The notes beneath the pieces are model-generated. The model ran no database searches and was not told where the DNA came from. It worked only from the letters and a program-made list of their open reading frames with translations. From Felis catus (lineage: Eukaryota): 64,000 nucleotides of DNA. Positions 25,603 through 39,013 of the stretch are shown piece after piece (positions within the stretch are counted from its first letter, which is position 1; each line of letters begins with the position of its first letter). The translations under genes were made by a program, and so were the position numbers. The DNA lies in assembly GCF_018350175.1 (NCBI RefSeq), contig NC_058383.1, positions 5,582,001-5,646,000 of the forward strand, given 5' to 3'.

Positions 25603-26334
25603 GCTCTTCAGTTGACTTTAATTAGATAATGTAACACTTAACAATCCAAAGCCCTGAAAAGGCACACCTGTGTGTTTTGACGTTAAGGTCTATGAGGTAT
25701 TCTATTTTTTAAGAGGTAGGTTTCATAGGAATATATTTATAGTATGATGCCATTTTTTTTTTAAATAAGAAAACACCTGCTTGTATGTTTAGAGCTGTGT
25801 ATGCGTGCGTGCGTGAGAACAGACATGGAAAAGTACCCTGTCACATTCTCAACATTATTCAGGGTAGGAAAGAAAGAAAATTATTAACATTTTTCTCATA
25901 CATCTATATCTTATTTGGCATGCATAGTGGGTGAATCATTCTGATAAAGGGCTTTATAAAAGACCCCAGAGATTATGGGTTTCTTCAAGCCCAAGGCAGA
26001 ATCCCTTATACAAAACTTCGAAATGTAAATGGTCTATTTGCTTCATGACAGAGAAATCTTATATTTCGTATCTTTAATATCTTATAGCAGGTTAATACCC
26101 AGCATATTTGTATTGTTAATCTTTTGTAAGTCACAGCAGATTAATCCCTAAAAGCTGGTTTAGGAATTTTTAGATTTTGGAAGATGGAGCGTTTGGAGAG
26201 AGTATCATGTCAGAGTCAGCAGCACAAAGGTCTCAGAGGCAGCTAGAAATGGCATTAAAGTCCAAGTACGTTCCTACTGCTGTATATTAAAAATTGGCAA
26301 AGACCTCAAAACATTGGCAACCCATGAGTTGAGG

Positions 26335-26534
26335 TTTTTTTTTAATGTTTATTTATTTTGAGAGAACATGCACACGTATGAGAAGGGGAAGGCAAAGAGA
26401 AGGAGAGAGAATCCCAAACAGGCTCCACACTCTGCATGGAGCTCAACTTGGGCCTCATCTCACAACTGTGAGCTCGTGACCTGAGCCGAAATCCAGAGTT
26501 GGATGCTTAACCCACTGGGCCACCCAGGTGCCCC
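26335..26534 (-). mobile_element. CanSINE
   Basis: Antisense element. Confidence 0.82.
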
Positions 26535-26683
26535 TTCCTGTGATACCCTATAGGTTGAAGTCCTACTTGATTTAGGCTTTTGTGAACTTCAGAACAAATA
26601 CAGGTGACGAATTAAATCACATTTATGTTTGGATGTCATCCAGGCACAAAAACTCAAGGTGAAGAATATTTAAATTGTTAGCA

Positions 26684-26728
<45 letters not shown>

Positions 26729-27282
26729 AAGTAGCCATATTTTAATTAATTTATTTATTATTATGTTTTTGGTGGTAGCAAACTGTATAGCATATTTTTA
26801 AATTGGAATTCAGAATATTCATTGGCTGACTTAAAGTCAGGTTTCTGTGTTGGTTGAAAATAGAATAGCCCACATGTCCAACTAAAAGCTGTCAGCTATG
26901 TTTGGAAACTGATCTAGTAAAGCATCCGCAATTAAATTTTATTTTTGCTTATTGTTTAAGAGGAGACTTATGCCTGGGTCTTAGGTAGCCTCCATCTCCG
27001 AAGCTTACATGTGACATCCGTGAAGGCCATGTCAACAGCAGAAGCTGCCAGCGGGTTACGTTCCACACCATTCCGCCACTCTGGCCGAGAGCCTGGGACT
27101 TCCCGTCCCCTGCCCGTCAGGCTTCCTGAGCCGCTCCAGTGAGATGCCACAGGTCACCACCATGAGCTAAGTGCACAGAGGTTCTAGTGAGTAGCCTGGG
27201 CCTCATGGTGCCTCAGGTAGCTGAGGGATGGAGTACCTGGATCGTTCGTGAGCCTCCTTAGGATTTTCCTGGTTTATTTATA

Positions 27283-27313
27283 TTTTTTGAAGTTTATTTA
27301 TTTATTTATTTAT

Positions 27314-27352
<39 letters not shown>

Positions 27353-27470
27353 ATCTCAAACAGGGATAGTGCTGATAGGGCAATGGGGTTCAAACTCCCG
27401 AGTGTGAGATCACGACCTGAGCCGAAACCAAGAGTCGGACGCTTAACTGACTGAGCCCCCCAGACACCCC
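27283..27470 (-). mobile_element. CanSINE
   Basis: Antisense element; TSD aggattttcc. Confidence 0.82.
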
Positions 27471-28499
27471 AGGATTTTCCCTGTTTTAAAGTTAAGGTTA
27501 CCTTCTGCTGAGAAACACGGAGGTTCTCCGGCTCTCAGAGTGTGGGTATCCAGGGTTGCAGGAGCATGATAGATAAACACTAGGGTTAGGTTCTGTTTTA
27601 CATTAGTTTTTCTTAAATTGTACTGTGGGTGTTCACACTGGTAAAGATTAGAAAGTCTGGTTACTAATCGGCTTGTGCTCTACAGCTGGCATGAGCAGAT
27701 CTTTCAGCTGGTGTGTTATTAGGAGATTTCATTAATTTGTGTGCATGTAAATCTTCAAATTTTATCTTTTCAAATTCCTTCTAATGTTTCGTATTCTAAA
27801 GATTAGTCTTTAAGGAAAAAAATTTCGTGTGGCAATAAATATGATTGCTGTAATTCTTTTGATTATTTTATTTTACTTTTGAAGATCTAACTGGCTTTAT
27901 TAAATTATTCATGAATTGGGCAGCCCCCATCCAGCAAGTCAAGGGGGGGCTCTCCCTAATTGATAATCTTCTATCAAAGCCACCTGTAGCGTCTGGCCCT
28001 TAGTGGTGTTAAATGAAAAGAAGACACGATTGTACTGTCACTTTGCTTTTATGATGCAAATCTAAGGATTTTCCTTATACAGGCTGTGGAATCTGGCTTG
28101 AGCTACAAGTCTGCAGACACTTGACCAGTAATGAGGGCCCCAGGCACAGGGCCTCACCTCTTCTAGCCTCGTGTTCTTCACTCGTAAGATCCTGGTCATA
28201 GAGCAGAGCTGGGGTTCAAAACCAGAGCTGGGGGCTCCGAGGCCCACACTCTGAGCCAGTGAACTACCCTAAGCACTCACTAGGCACCCTTTTTTACTGG
28301 TGGCATGATACTGTATATCGAGAGACAGCAAGATACTAGTTTCTTTAAAAAACAAAATCAATGAGAATTTACTGTAGCTTGCTTATAGATACACTAAAGT
28401 ATACCTGGATGTGAGGCCAGAAAACCCATCCCATTTTTACCAGTGCCACAAAATTATTTGTTATCATTCATTATAAATTACTTGGGAATAATTTATGTG

Positions 28500-29960
28500 A
28501 GAAAGACACAGGACTGCGTGGAGACAGCTATGCAGTCTTACTGAAGGACGTAAAATACGCGAGCAGATGGAGAGATGTGCCCCATTTTATGGTGGGAAGG
28601 CAGGCAGCACAAAGATGTCCGTTAACTCAAAATTGAGAAGTAAGCTTCACAAACAATGCCAGTAAGAATCCTCACACGATTTTGGAGGGGGAGTGAAATT
28701 ATCTTCAGCTTTATATGGAAAAATAAACGTCTAGAAGAGCCAGTGAAGTATGAAAAAGGGGTGAATTGGGGCAGCAAGGGAGGCTTGCTTTACGAGGTAT
28801 CAGAACTCAAAGTCAGCTACTGAGATAGAGATCAGGACGGTTTTGATGGAGAAACAGGTAAGTGGCCAGTGGCCAGTATGAGGAGCAAGTTCATGTATGG
28901 CAAAGTGATGTTCCTGTCACTGGGGAAAAGGTGGCTTCCCTATCCAATGTGGGCATAGTTCGTTACCCATCGGTGAAAGTACTGGACCTCTGCACCACCC
29001 TGTATATAAAAATAAAGACGTAAGAAATAAAGGTGATTCCGGCAAAATTCCAGAAGGCTGTGTGTATGCGTTACCGAGGGATGAGCAAGACCTCCTGTCT
29101 GGGAAGGTCTTCCTTTCCTGAGGTAGGAAGCCTGGGAGTTGTAAAATAAAGGATAGATACTACATCAGAGGCTGACTGTTCTCTGCAAATGAAATATTTT
29201 GTGTGGCAACAGACACCGCGACAAAGTCCGTGGACGACACACCTGCGAAGATGTAGCTGCCAACGCAAGGAGCGGCCCGGGGGGCGAACGTTCACGATAC
29301 ACAGCGGGCCTCAGAATTGGCGAGAGAACATCGACCCCTAGAAAGACGGGCAGAGACAGGGCCGGGCCAGCGGACGGGAGGATGATCACATTCAGTAGCT
29401 AGGGACACGCAGGTCAAAGTCACAGAACCTCAGAACTAAAGGAGCCCCTGCGTCTGTTGCTGGTAGGGATGTGGGGGGAGTTTCCTGAATTTCGTGTAAA
29501 TCATTACAAATTTTGAAGAGCTTTCAGGGCGGGAGCTGTATAATTAGAAATCCACGTTCCCTTTACCCCCTGCTAGACTCACTTCCCTAGGACATGGAAG
29601 CCCTGGAACTTAAGGACATGGATGAGAACGATCCGTTACTGCACCGTGTCGTCTGAAGGGGCGGCAAAACAAAACAAAAAAAAACCACAACAAAGCAAGC
29701 TTCATTGTGGGGAGTGAGAACCCATCTCAGTCCGTCCGGCACTGTGGAAGTACCACGCGGCTACCGGAGGGACAGCTGCTGTGCTGGTGACTCCGAGGGC
29801 TTTCCGCATTGTGTGATGTTGTTGAGTAAAAAAATGAAAAAAAGCGAGGATGTAGAGAGGCGGGCGTAATGTCGCATAGAGCAAATGCCTTCTTGTGTGT
29901 ATACTGTGTGTATGGGAAAAGTACAAAAAGATTATAGCTACCAGTCTGTTGAAACATGTT
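28500..29960 (+). mobile_element. Highly degraded old L1 (ORF2 3' region)
   Basis: L1-like motifs: atggagagatgtgcccc, tttatatggaaaaataaacg, ctggacctctgcaccaccctgtatataaaaataaa. Confidence 0.55.
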
Positions 29961-29989
29961 ACCTGGAGGGTGGAGCTGGGGGAGGAACA

Positions 29990-30186
29990 TTTTTTAACAT
30001 TTATTTATTTTTAAGAGTGCGGGAGAGGGCCAGAGAGAGAGAGAGGGGGAGACACAGAATCTGAAGCAGGCTCCAGGCTCTGAGCTGGCAGCACAGAGCC
30101 TGATGCGGGGCTCGAACTCACAAACGGTGAGATCAGACCTGAGCCGAAGTTGGATGCTTAACCGACCAAGCCACCCAAGTGCCCCC
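29990..30186 (-). mobile_element. CanSINE
   Basis: Antisense element. Confidence 0.88.
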
Positions 30187-33100
30187 CCTCCAAAAAAATT
30201 TTTTTAATTAAAAAAAATTAAAAAACTGTGCTTCAGGAAGCCTTAGAAAAAGCCTAGTATTCCAATAACCCAGTTAATGCAAAATGCAGGTATGCTGTGC
30301 AGAGAGGATTAGGGAGGACAGAGCTGGAGGTGGGGGCCGGCCACGCCAGGGAAGCGATGCGCACCGCAGGAGGAGCGTGTGCGAGAAGCAGAGGGAAGGT
30401 GAAAGTGGGTGTCTTCGAGGGGAGGGCCACTTTGCCTTGGGACCCTAGGTGTCAGTTTAAAACCATCGGTGCTAAGTAATGTATTGGATGTTGCATTTTT
30501 CTAGATGGTCCTGGGCCTTTTGGGAAAGTCAGTGTTCTGGGACCCATGGTGTAGTGCTGTGTTCTTAAGCCCGCTGGTTTGTCACTTGCTAAAACGTGCA
30601 CACCTGAAACACGCCGGCCTTCTCTGACCCTGATCCGATGTGGCCTTTTAGCCCCGGCTTGGATTCTGAGAGTTGTGTGATGGGGAGTACCGGCCCCACC
30701 GCAGGCCTACTGCGTTTTCACTCACCTTCTCCGTGATCCCGACGCACGCCGAGTGTGATGCGGTTGTGTCCGGAAGGCAGTTCGTTGGCAGCTTGGCCCC
30801 GCCCTGGTTTGGACATCTTCAGGACGGGCCCAGAGGATCCCCTGCCTTATGTCAGAGTCCCCTCTTTCTTAAGGACTTTGAGGGGCGTCACCAGGGTGTT
30901 GAGGGCAGTCGCTCCACGCTGACCGTCTAGCTGGCTCTGGGGAGTGTCCTCTGTCAGCCCCTCGTTCTCTTCCAGGGCACCGCAGCTCAGGAGGTGGCCG
31001 CAGACAAGACTCAGAGGGGCCCTCGCGTGCTCTCTCCACTTACCCCTCCTCTCCTTACACCTTGCCCTACAGTTCAGCCTCCCCGGCAGCCTCTGCTTCC
31101 GCCGTCCAAGGAGGCTGTTGCTCTCTGGGCTCTGCATCTGTGCCATGCTTTGCAAAGGACCCTCAACGGAAAGCTGGAGCGCATGTGGAGCTCACCTCTG
31201 GTATTTGGTTTCTCTTCAGGGTCGGAGCCCTGGGCTGTCCGCTGTGCGGTACCTGAAAACCGCTTCCTTATGTATTTTGTGCAGTCTGGTCATTGTTTCC
31301 AGTGAGGAGATGAGCCATAACCAGGGGTGGAGACCCTTAGCAGCCTGACCATCCACCTCAGTGTCAGCTGTGGCCCAGCCCTGGGGAGAGCGGAGAACTG
31401 AAGGCTTGGTATGATCCCCGGGCCTCAAAGCCCAGGCCGTCGGTGGTGGACAGCATCCTGGCCAAACCTTTTCCTCAGGGCCCACCCAGCGCTTCACGGT
31501 GCAGGTGTTCTGTGTACACGCAGAGCCTGGCGGGTGCCTGGCATGCAGCGGGCGCTCACTAAATGCAGCGTGGTTTAGCTAGCAAGGACTTACCTAGTAA
31601 ACAGGAGCAAAAGCGGTCAAGACCGTGTCCTGGGTGCCGTTTCAGAACCCGTTTGCTTTCGTCTTGTGCTCGCACCTTTCTGAGCCACATCCTGCAGTTT
31701 CTTCAGAACCACGGAATGATTATTTTAACACTTTCACGGCTGCCAGAGGCAGAGCGCTGTGAGCAAAGCAGGGGGTTGGGGCTCAAGTTGTTAATTCAGC
31801 GCTTGTCAGAAGATACGCCCCGACCTTTAATACTTCCGACCCTGTCGCTTCTGTGAAGGGATAATCTTTTTCCTGAAGTGCTTTGTCAAGATGACTTAAG
31901 ATAATGTACGTCACGCCCTAGGAGAATATTCAGTGCGAAGTTTCAGTAACTTTGCTTCCCGTCTGTTGCTCTTTTTGTCAGGAGTTGGGCCGTCTCAGGA
32001 GAGTGTGGGTAACATAAATAGAGCCATTTTGAAAGTGGCTCCGGCCCCGCCGAGCTGTTTCCAGTCGAGCAGTCCTTCTGGAGATGGGTTAACACTAGCT
32101 CTGGTGTGAGCTGAGAGCAAGCAGCGATGCTTCCTGGTGAACCCGGGTGGGGAACTCCTCAGATCTGTGGGTTCCCGCCTCCCGTGTCGGCCTGCTCCAC
32201 TCACACAGCGGAGGCGACGGCCGTGGGGACTGAGCCAGACAGAGCCTGTCGGGGCCGGATCGTCTGGCACCCTCACCACCAGACCTGTTTTTCAACTCGA
32301 AGGAGAATACGCTGCGTATGTTTGTATTCCCCGACCCAAAGCAGCCATTGACGTCAAGAATTACCTGTGCCGTTAAGTTACAGCTTTGTGTTTTTCTGGT
32401 CTTTTGCTTTGCGTACTGTTGGGCTTCAGAGAAAGTTTGTAGCGATTTTGCGTCAAATTAGAGACCTTTCGTATATAGCTTTATTTTACCCCTGCGAAAG
32501 CTTGTGAGTGTGCGTCCCTGTTTGTTCCTGCGGAAACCGAGGCTCTGATGTGTTAGGTGACCTGCCCCGGGTCGCCTTTGTCTGCCGCTTTTCCCTCTGG
32601 GACGTGTGTGGCTCTGGGTCTGTGTGGGGTGGAGGCAGGGGGCAGGTGTGCAAGCCCCCCCAGCCGCACCCCCGTTTTTGGCCTCATCGCTTCGGTTTCC
32701 AGGCGACGAGGAGCGTTTCCCTGAGAACACCGGCCGGGTCGTATTCGAGTGTTAGGATGCCTTTTACAGTGAGAGCCGCGGCCTTTCGCTTCTGTAACTT
32801 TTCGTCTTTTCTGTAGCCCTCGCGTCCGATGTGTGTCAGGACCTGCACTGAGCAGGCGTGAGGAGCGGGGACGCGGAGCGGCCCAGGAGCCGCTCGGACG
32901 GATGGCCCGCGGGGAAGGCGCCGAGGCCTCTGCAGGTGCCCCCGCCAGCGTCAGGCGGCCCGCGCGGGCCTTGGTGGAATGAGGCACCCAGCTTTTAACT
33001 CCGGCCCGAGGAGGGGGACGTGGGGAAGGTTAAGAAGGATCTGTCAACGGAGACTGCGGAAATGCCCGTCAGGGGTGCTCGACACCGAACCTCTGCTGGC

Positions 33101-33267
33101 GGAACCCGCGGCCCTGTCCTGTTGCGGCTGCCGGTCCCGCGCACGGTGCTACCTGCCTGGAAGTGTGTCCGCTTCCCTGCTCTCAAATGGTGTATTGATT
33201 CTTCCTCCCTCCTGCCTCCTTCGTTCCAAACAAGGAGACTAATTTTCTTCTTAAGATTGGAAGTTTT

Positions 33268-33413
33268 GGGGCACCTGGGTGGCTCGGTTGGATGCCCAAC
33301 TTCAGCTCAGGTCGTGATCTCTCGATCTTTGTGAGTTCAAGCCCCATGTCAGGTTCTCTGCTGTCAGCTCATAGCCCACTTCAGACCCTCAGTCTCCCTC
33401 TCTCTGTGCCCCT

Positions 33414-33465
<52 letters not shown>

Positions 33466-33954
33466 AACAAATGAACGTTGAAAAACAAGATGGGAAGTTT
33501 CTTGTAGCACCTGGGTAGCTCAGTCGGTTAAATGTCCACCTTTTGATTTTGGCTCAGGTCATGATCTCACAGTTCATGGGATCAAGCCCTGCGTCAGATT
33601 GTGTGCTGACAACACAGAGCCCACTTGGGATTCTCTATCTCCTCTCTCTCTCTGCCCCTCACCCACGCATGTGCGCGCGCTCTCTCACCTTCAAAATAAA
33701 TAAATACTGGGGCGCCTGGGTGGCGCAGTCGGTTAAGCGTCCGACTTCAGCCAGGTCACGATCTCGCGGTCCGGGAGTTCGAGCCCCGCGTCAGGCTCTG
33801 GGCTGATGTCTCAGAGCCTGGAGCCTGTTTCTGATTTTGTGTCTCCCTCTCTCTCTGCCCCTCCCCCGTTCATGCTCTGTCTCTCTCTGTCCAAAAAATA
33901 AATAAAAACGTTGAAAAAAAAATTAAAAAAAAAAAAATAAATACTAAAAAAAAA
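33268..33954 (+). mobile_element. Three head-to-tail CanSINEs (starts ~33268, ~33504, 33709)
   Basis: Three heads and tails; the third is a young SINEC_Fc-like copy inserted in the A-tail of the second (TSD aaaataaatact). Confidence 0.9.
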
Positions 33955-34189
33955 GATTGGGAGTGTCTCCTTTGCTCCCAGACACCACAGGCCCGAAAGC
34001 TTCTGAATGGACACTGAAAATTACCACTAGCAAACATAGCGTAGAGAAGAGTTGAACATAACCCGTTGGAAGTCTCAGTCCGCACCTGTTCGTCGAGGAC
34101 CAGCCGTACGCATGAAACAGCCCTCTGCTTGCTGGCCTGACGTGTTGTTGCTGGCAGTTACTGGTGGGGACGGCCTCTCGCTGGCTCTG

Positions 34190-34350
34190 CCACCCTAGGG
34201 GAGTTCCTTTGCTCCTAGGCCTGCTTCCTCATCTGTAAATAAGGAGCATGATAGCATCCGCCTCCAAGGTTCGTCGTGAAGAGTGTATGTGTTAATACGT
34301 GGCTGGAGCTCAGAGAAGTGCCCGTGTAGAGTGAGTGCTTTGCAAATAAC
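34190..34350 (+). mobile_element. MIR
   Basis: cttcctcatctgtaaat core. Confidence 0.6.
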
Positions 34351-35332
34351 AGCCACTGATGTGTGCCTCAATCAGTGCTGCCGTCACCAGCCTCCTTAGC
34401 GTCCTGTTCCCCATGTGGAAGCTTTGAAGATAAGAATGGAATCACTATAGGATTGTCTCCTACGATCAGAGGAAGACAGACATGTGGAGTTTTGGACCAC
34501 AGAAAGCCAGTTTTTATGATTTGAAACTAAATTCAGTATGCTTTTCTGTCTTGACTTAGTGGACTTTTTAATTCCTGTGCCGAATGACGATTAAAAAGAT
34601 AAAAAAGATTAAAAGATGATCAAGGGCTTATACCAAAATCCGAAGTGTTGACTCTGTTGTCTGTATGGAAAGTTCCTTCTGAAAAAGCAGTTTTTACTTT
34701 TCACTGGGTATGTTTTTGAGAATTAACATGTTGTTAAATCAACGATACAAACGAACTGTTTTAAGCAAGTCCTGAAAATGTGTTCTTTACCTACCTGTGG
34801 AGAGGTGAGGTTTGCAAGAAGTAATTTGGAAAGGGCCTCCTTAGAATGCTCACATGTCTTTGAGAAAAAAAAGTTAAAAAGCAAACATTTTTAATAATGT
34901 AGATTAACTTTAGGTGCTTGAGGCTGTAACTTTATTCATATATACTCCTAATAAACAGACTACCGCTAGACTGTTACTCAAGTAATACAAGTTACTGTAA
35001 AAAACTATTCAGACAACTTAGTATTTTAGAATTCTTGGTCACTCTTAAAACATTGGGAAATGAGCCGTTGATCTGGTATTGACACAGCACAAGGTAAAGA
35101 CGTGGTCAGCGTTTAACCTTAGCAGTTGTTTGTAAAACCATCTGATCGTCACCAGGGACTTAAGTAACAAAGAACGTGACATATAATCCCTTTCCCGTTA
35201 AAAAAGAATCTAAAACGTTATGGAGCCAGGGAGCCCAGCACACCACTCTGCTTTGTAGCAAATCTGAGGTCACATTGTGCTGTTTGCGGGTTCCCGTTGT
35301 CCTCATGCTCACATCCCTCTTTCTGTTTTCAG

Positions 35333-35417
35333 TGATTTAGCCCTGCGGAATTGTTTCCTTACCTCGGATCTAAATGTGAAAGTGGGAGATTATGGGATAG
35401 GACTCAGCAGGTACAAG
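35333..35417 (+). CDS. LMTK2: LMTK2 coding exon 8 (catalytic loop HSDLALRN, DYG motif)
   Basis: ctgttttcag|T GAT... (S)[28 protein letters not shown]|gtaagc; 85 nt. Confidence 0.96.
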
Positions 35418-36129
35418 GTAAGCCAAGGTTTAAAGATTCTCTCCTGAAGCTGATTTGATTTCATAGTCCCGAGGTGGTCATATCACAAATGCCACCTTGT
35501 TCGCCAAAGGAGGGTAAGATCTTGGCCACGTTGCCTTTCTGGAGAGCGGTTTGTTCATTTTAACGGTAGTGTTGGCTTCTGACGAGCAGTTTGTCGAGAT
35601 GAGTGGCTCTGTGCTGAGGTTTTGTGACCGCTTTCCAAAGGCTTTGCGTAAAAAGACTTTTACACTGTGTAATTGATGTAATTTGATGGTGCAGAATAAA
35701 TTTTAGCATGAACCAATGGGCAATGATTCATGACCACCTGTATCAAAAAATAATACCATGCATGTCATATCAATATTTCTCCAGTAGAGTTTTGGCCCAA
35801 ATTGAGTAAGCTTAGAAGTTTAGATTTTTAAACTCTGCCATAACTATATCCCCAAAGAAGATAAGAGGTAGTTGAGGTTTTCACTTGTTTTTGTGTAGCC
35901 CAACTGCATGAGGTAGTGTGACGTGGGGCACAGAATGTGACTGACCTGGCTCCACGCCAGCAGCAGGGACACGAGGGTCGTGTCTGTTCTGTCTTACGGG
36001 GTTCTTGTGAGGACCCCGGGGTCATATTTTCATAGTATTTTGTAACTGAAGTACATTATGCAAATATAAGTTGGTTATTTGTCTACACGGTACCTCTAGT
36101 GTCTTGAGCCCTTGCTGTCTACCAGGCAC

Positions 36130-36330
36130 CTGAAGTAATCGCGGGCATTATCTCATTTAATCCTCACCATAAAGGGAGGTGGGAATTGTATGATCCCCAT
36201 TGAACAGATGAAGAAAAAGGCTTATTAGCGTATTTGTTGGCTGCCCAGGGTCAGATAGCCAGCAGGTGAACGGTTGAGCCTGGACTCACAACCCAGTCTG
36301 TGTCATTCTCAAGTCTGTGCTTTTATTCAG
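36130..36330 (-). mobile_element. MIR
   Basis: atctcatttaatcctcac...ccccattgaacagatgaagaaa. Confidence 0.7.
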
Positions 36331-36690
36331 TAACGTAGGCACTGCTGTCCTACTTGGGGCATAAGGCCCAGCATGTTTTAAAAGATGTTTTGCTCAGAGT
36401 CTGTGTTCTGTGCATCCGACGTGGCGTACCTTCCTTTTCCAGGAAGGAAGGTTCATGGCTGGGCGAGCGTTCATGGCTCAGAAAGCAGCTCATGGAGCCC
36501 AGGAGGCTTCAGAGAAAAACCTCACCCACCTCCTGCCCAGAAAATCTCTCTTGACGCCCACTTCTTTGTCTGATGTGTCTTTTGGGTTGAGTATTTGTTT
36601 TCTGAGAATGACCTGGTATTAAATCATTGACTTCGCTAAAAAAAAAAACATAATAGAATTAAAAATTCTGTATGTTTTCTAATAAAACAG

Positions 36691-36812
36691 GAGGATTATA
36701 TTGAAGCAGATGATAAAAAAATTTTCCCTCTGCGATGGACTGCTCCAGAACTAGTAACCAGCTTTCAAGACAGACTACTAACTGCGGATCAAACGAAATA
36801 TAGTAATATCTG
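36691..36812 (+). CDS. LMTK2: LMTK2 coding exon 9 (activation segment, PLRWTAPE)
   Basis: aataaaacag|GAG... [40 protein letters not shown](W)|gtacgt; 122 nt. Confidence 0.95.
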
Positions 36813-37229
36813 GTACGTCCTGATTTGCCATTCTGTCCGACTTTTGTGTAGCCAAGACTTACCTTCTTTCTCCTTGAGTGCTTAAGGAGAAGTAGTTGAA
36901 TAAGATGTAGGAACACGGGAGTGCCCGATGGTGTGAAAAAGACAGTTTATTGACATCCTAGCAATTATCACAACTGTGATATCATTAACTTTTCTCTTAC
37001 CTGTTCAACAGTAATAAGGTCCATACATGTAGGAACCGGGTCTGTTTTCTGTGTCGACTGTAGGGCCTACAGTATAATGGACGTTTTAAATATTGACTGC
37101 AGTGAACGAAAAAAACAGAAGTTTGGACCATTATGTAATACTGTGATTTGTAGGAGATCAGTTTAATGGAAGTTGAAAAAGAAATGCGTTTACGTCCTTG
37201 ACTAACAGTTTCTGTTACAGCTTTCTTAA

Positions 37230-38770
37230 TTTGTGTACGCATTTTTTTGTACTATTATCCTGCCTTTTCTATTTTCTTTTCCTCTTCCTGCCTTCATCTG
37301 GATTGATTTTTTTTTTAACTTCTTTTTCCTGTTAGTTTGGGAGCTGTATACTCTAGTCCTGTACTTTTATTAAAAGTTACCCTAGAAGTTATAACGTGTA
37401 TTCCACTTACTGTAGTCTAATATATCAGTTCATGTCTTGGCCCTCTCTCTCTGAACATTGCAAGGCCCTCAGGATACTTTAACAGACTTTAACTTGGTTT
37501 GATTATACACCTCCCCCCACACACGTGTATGCACACGCACGCACACAATACGTAATTGCTGGGTTTTTTTTTTTTTTTTCTTTTACCCTCACAAGACATT
37601 GTTCTTATTATTATTTTTTTGTTTTTTTGGTTTTTGGATTTTGGGTTTTTTTTGTTTTGTTTTGTTTTGTTTTTTAGCGGTTTTTTGTTTAGGTTGATCC
37701 ACGTAATCAAATCCCTTTGCTCTAAGTTCTCTTTTCTTTTCTTTTTTGCTTTTAAATCTCAGACATTCCATCTGGGATCATTCGCCCTTTGTCTGAAGTA
37801 CGTCCTTCAGAATTTCCCGTAGTGAGGGCCCGCTTGCTGGTAACAGACCCTCGGGTTTTTGTGCGTCTGAACATACCTTTATTTTGTCCTCGTTTTTGAA
37901 ATATATTTTTACTTGATGACAGTTACTTTCTCTCAGCATATTGAAGAGATCATTCTACTGTCTTCTGGCTTCCATTGTTGCTATTGAGAAGTCAGCTGTA
38001 AGTCTCCCTAAGCCCTTTGAAGGTAATGTGACTTCTGTTGTCTGGCTGCTGTTAAACTCTTCTCTCTGTCTTCTGTTTTTGTAGTTTCACTCTGATGTGT
38101 ATGGGTGTGGATTTCTTATGTTTTTCTGCTTGGAATTTATTTGGCTTTTTCAAATCTGTAGTTTGATGGTGTTCTCAGCCCTTACCCTTCAAGTACTGCC
38201 TCTGCTCCATTTCTGTCCTTTGGGAAGTCTAATTAGATGTGTGTTTTTTGCCTTCCTGCTCGGCCTTCTGTCTCTTAATCTCTTCCTTTTTACACTCTGC
38301 CTCTCTGACTCTCTGTGCCATACTCTAGATAATTTTCGAGACCTGTGTTCCAGCCACTAATTCTGTCTCTCTTTAAAACTCTCTCTTCAGGTGTGTCTGT
38401 TCTTCTGTTAAATCTGTCTACTAAGTTCTATGGTTCAGCTATTGACTTTTCAGTTGGAGGAAGTCGACTGGATTTTTTAAAACCTGTCCCAGTGTTCTTA
38501 ACAATTGGGTTGTGATCTGTGTCAGGTGATTCCAGTATCTGAAGTCTTTGTGGATTTGATCTTGCTGGTTCTTGATGCTGCCTCGTTTCCTTGGGGTGAG
38601 GATCTCGGAAACCGAGAATTGAGGAGCATTCCTCCCGAGAGGATCTACACTTACTTACGTGTGTCGGATACCGGGGTTGTCCTGCCGTGTAAGGGGACTG
38701 TGCTTTAGATATTCAGCTTGAGGGTTTTTTTGACCACTCAGGTGATGTGAATTTGGGCTGCAGATCCAAT
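37230..38770 (-). mobile_element. Degraded antisense L1
   Basis: T-rich; tgtcttctggcttccattgttgctattgagaagtcagctg L1M-type motif. Confidence 0.65.
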
Positions 38771-38815
38771 CAAGGGGCAGCTCTGTGGTTACAGCTTGTT
38801 AGGGGCCAACCCCCC

Positions 38816-38818
<3 letters not shown>

Positions 38819-38869
<51 letters not shown>

Positions 38870-38894
38870 ACAGTCTCTCTCTCTCTCTCTCTCT

Positions 38895-38972
<78 letters not shown>

Positions 38973-39013
38973 GTCTCTCTCTCTGTCTCTCTGTCTCTCT
39001 GTCTCTCTCTCTG

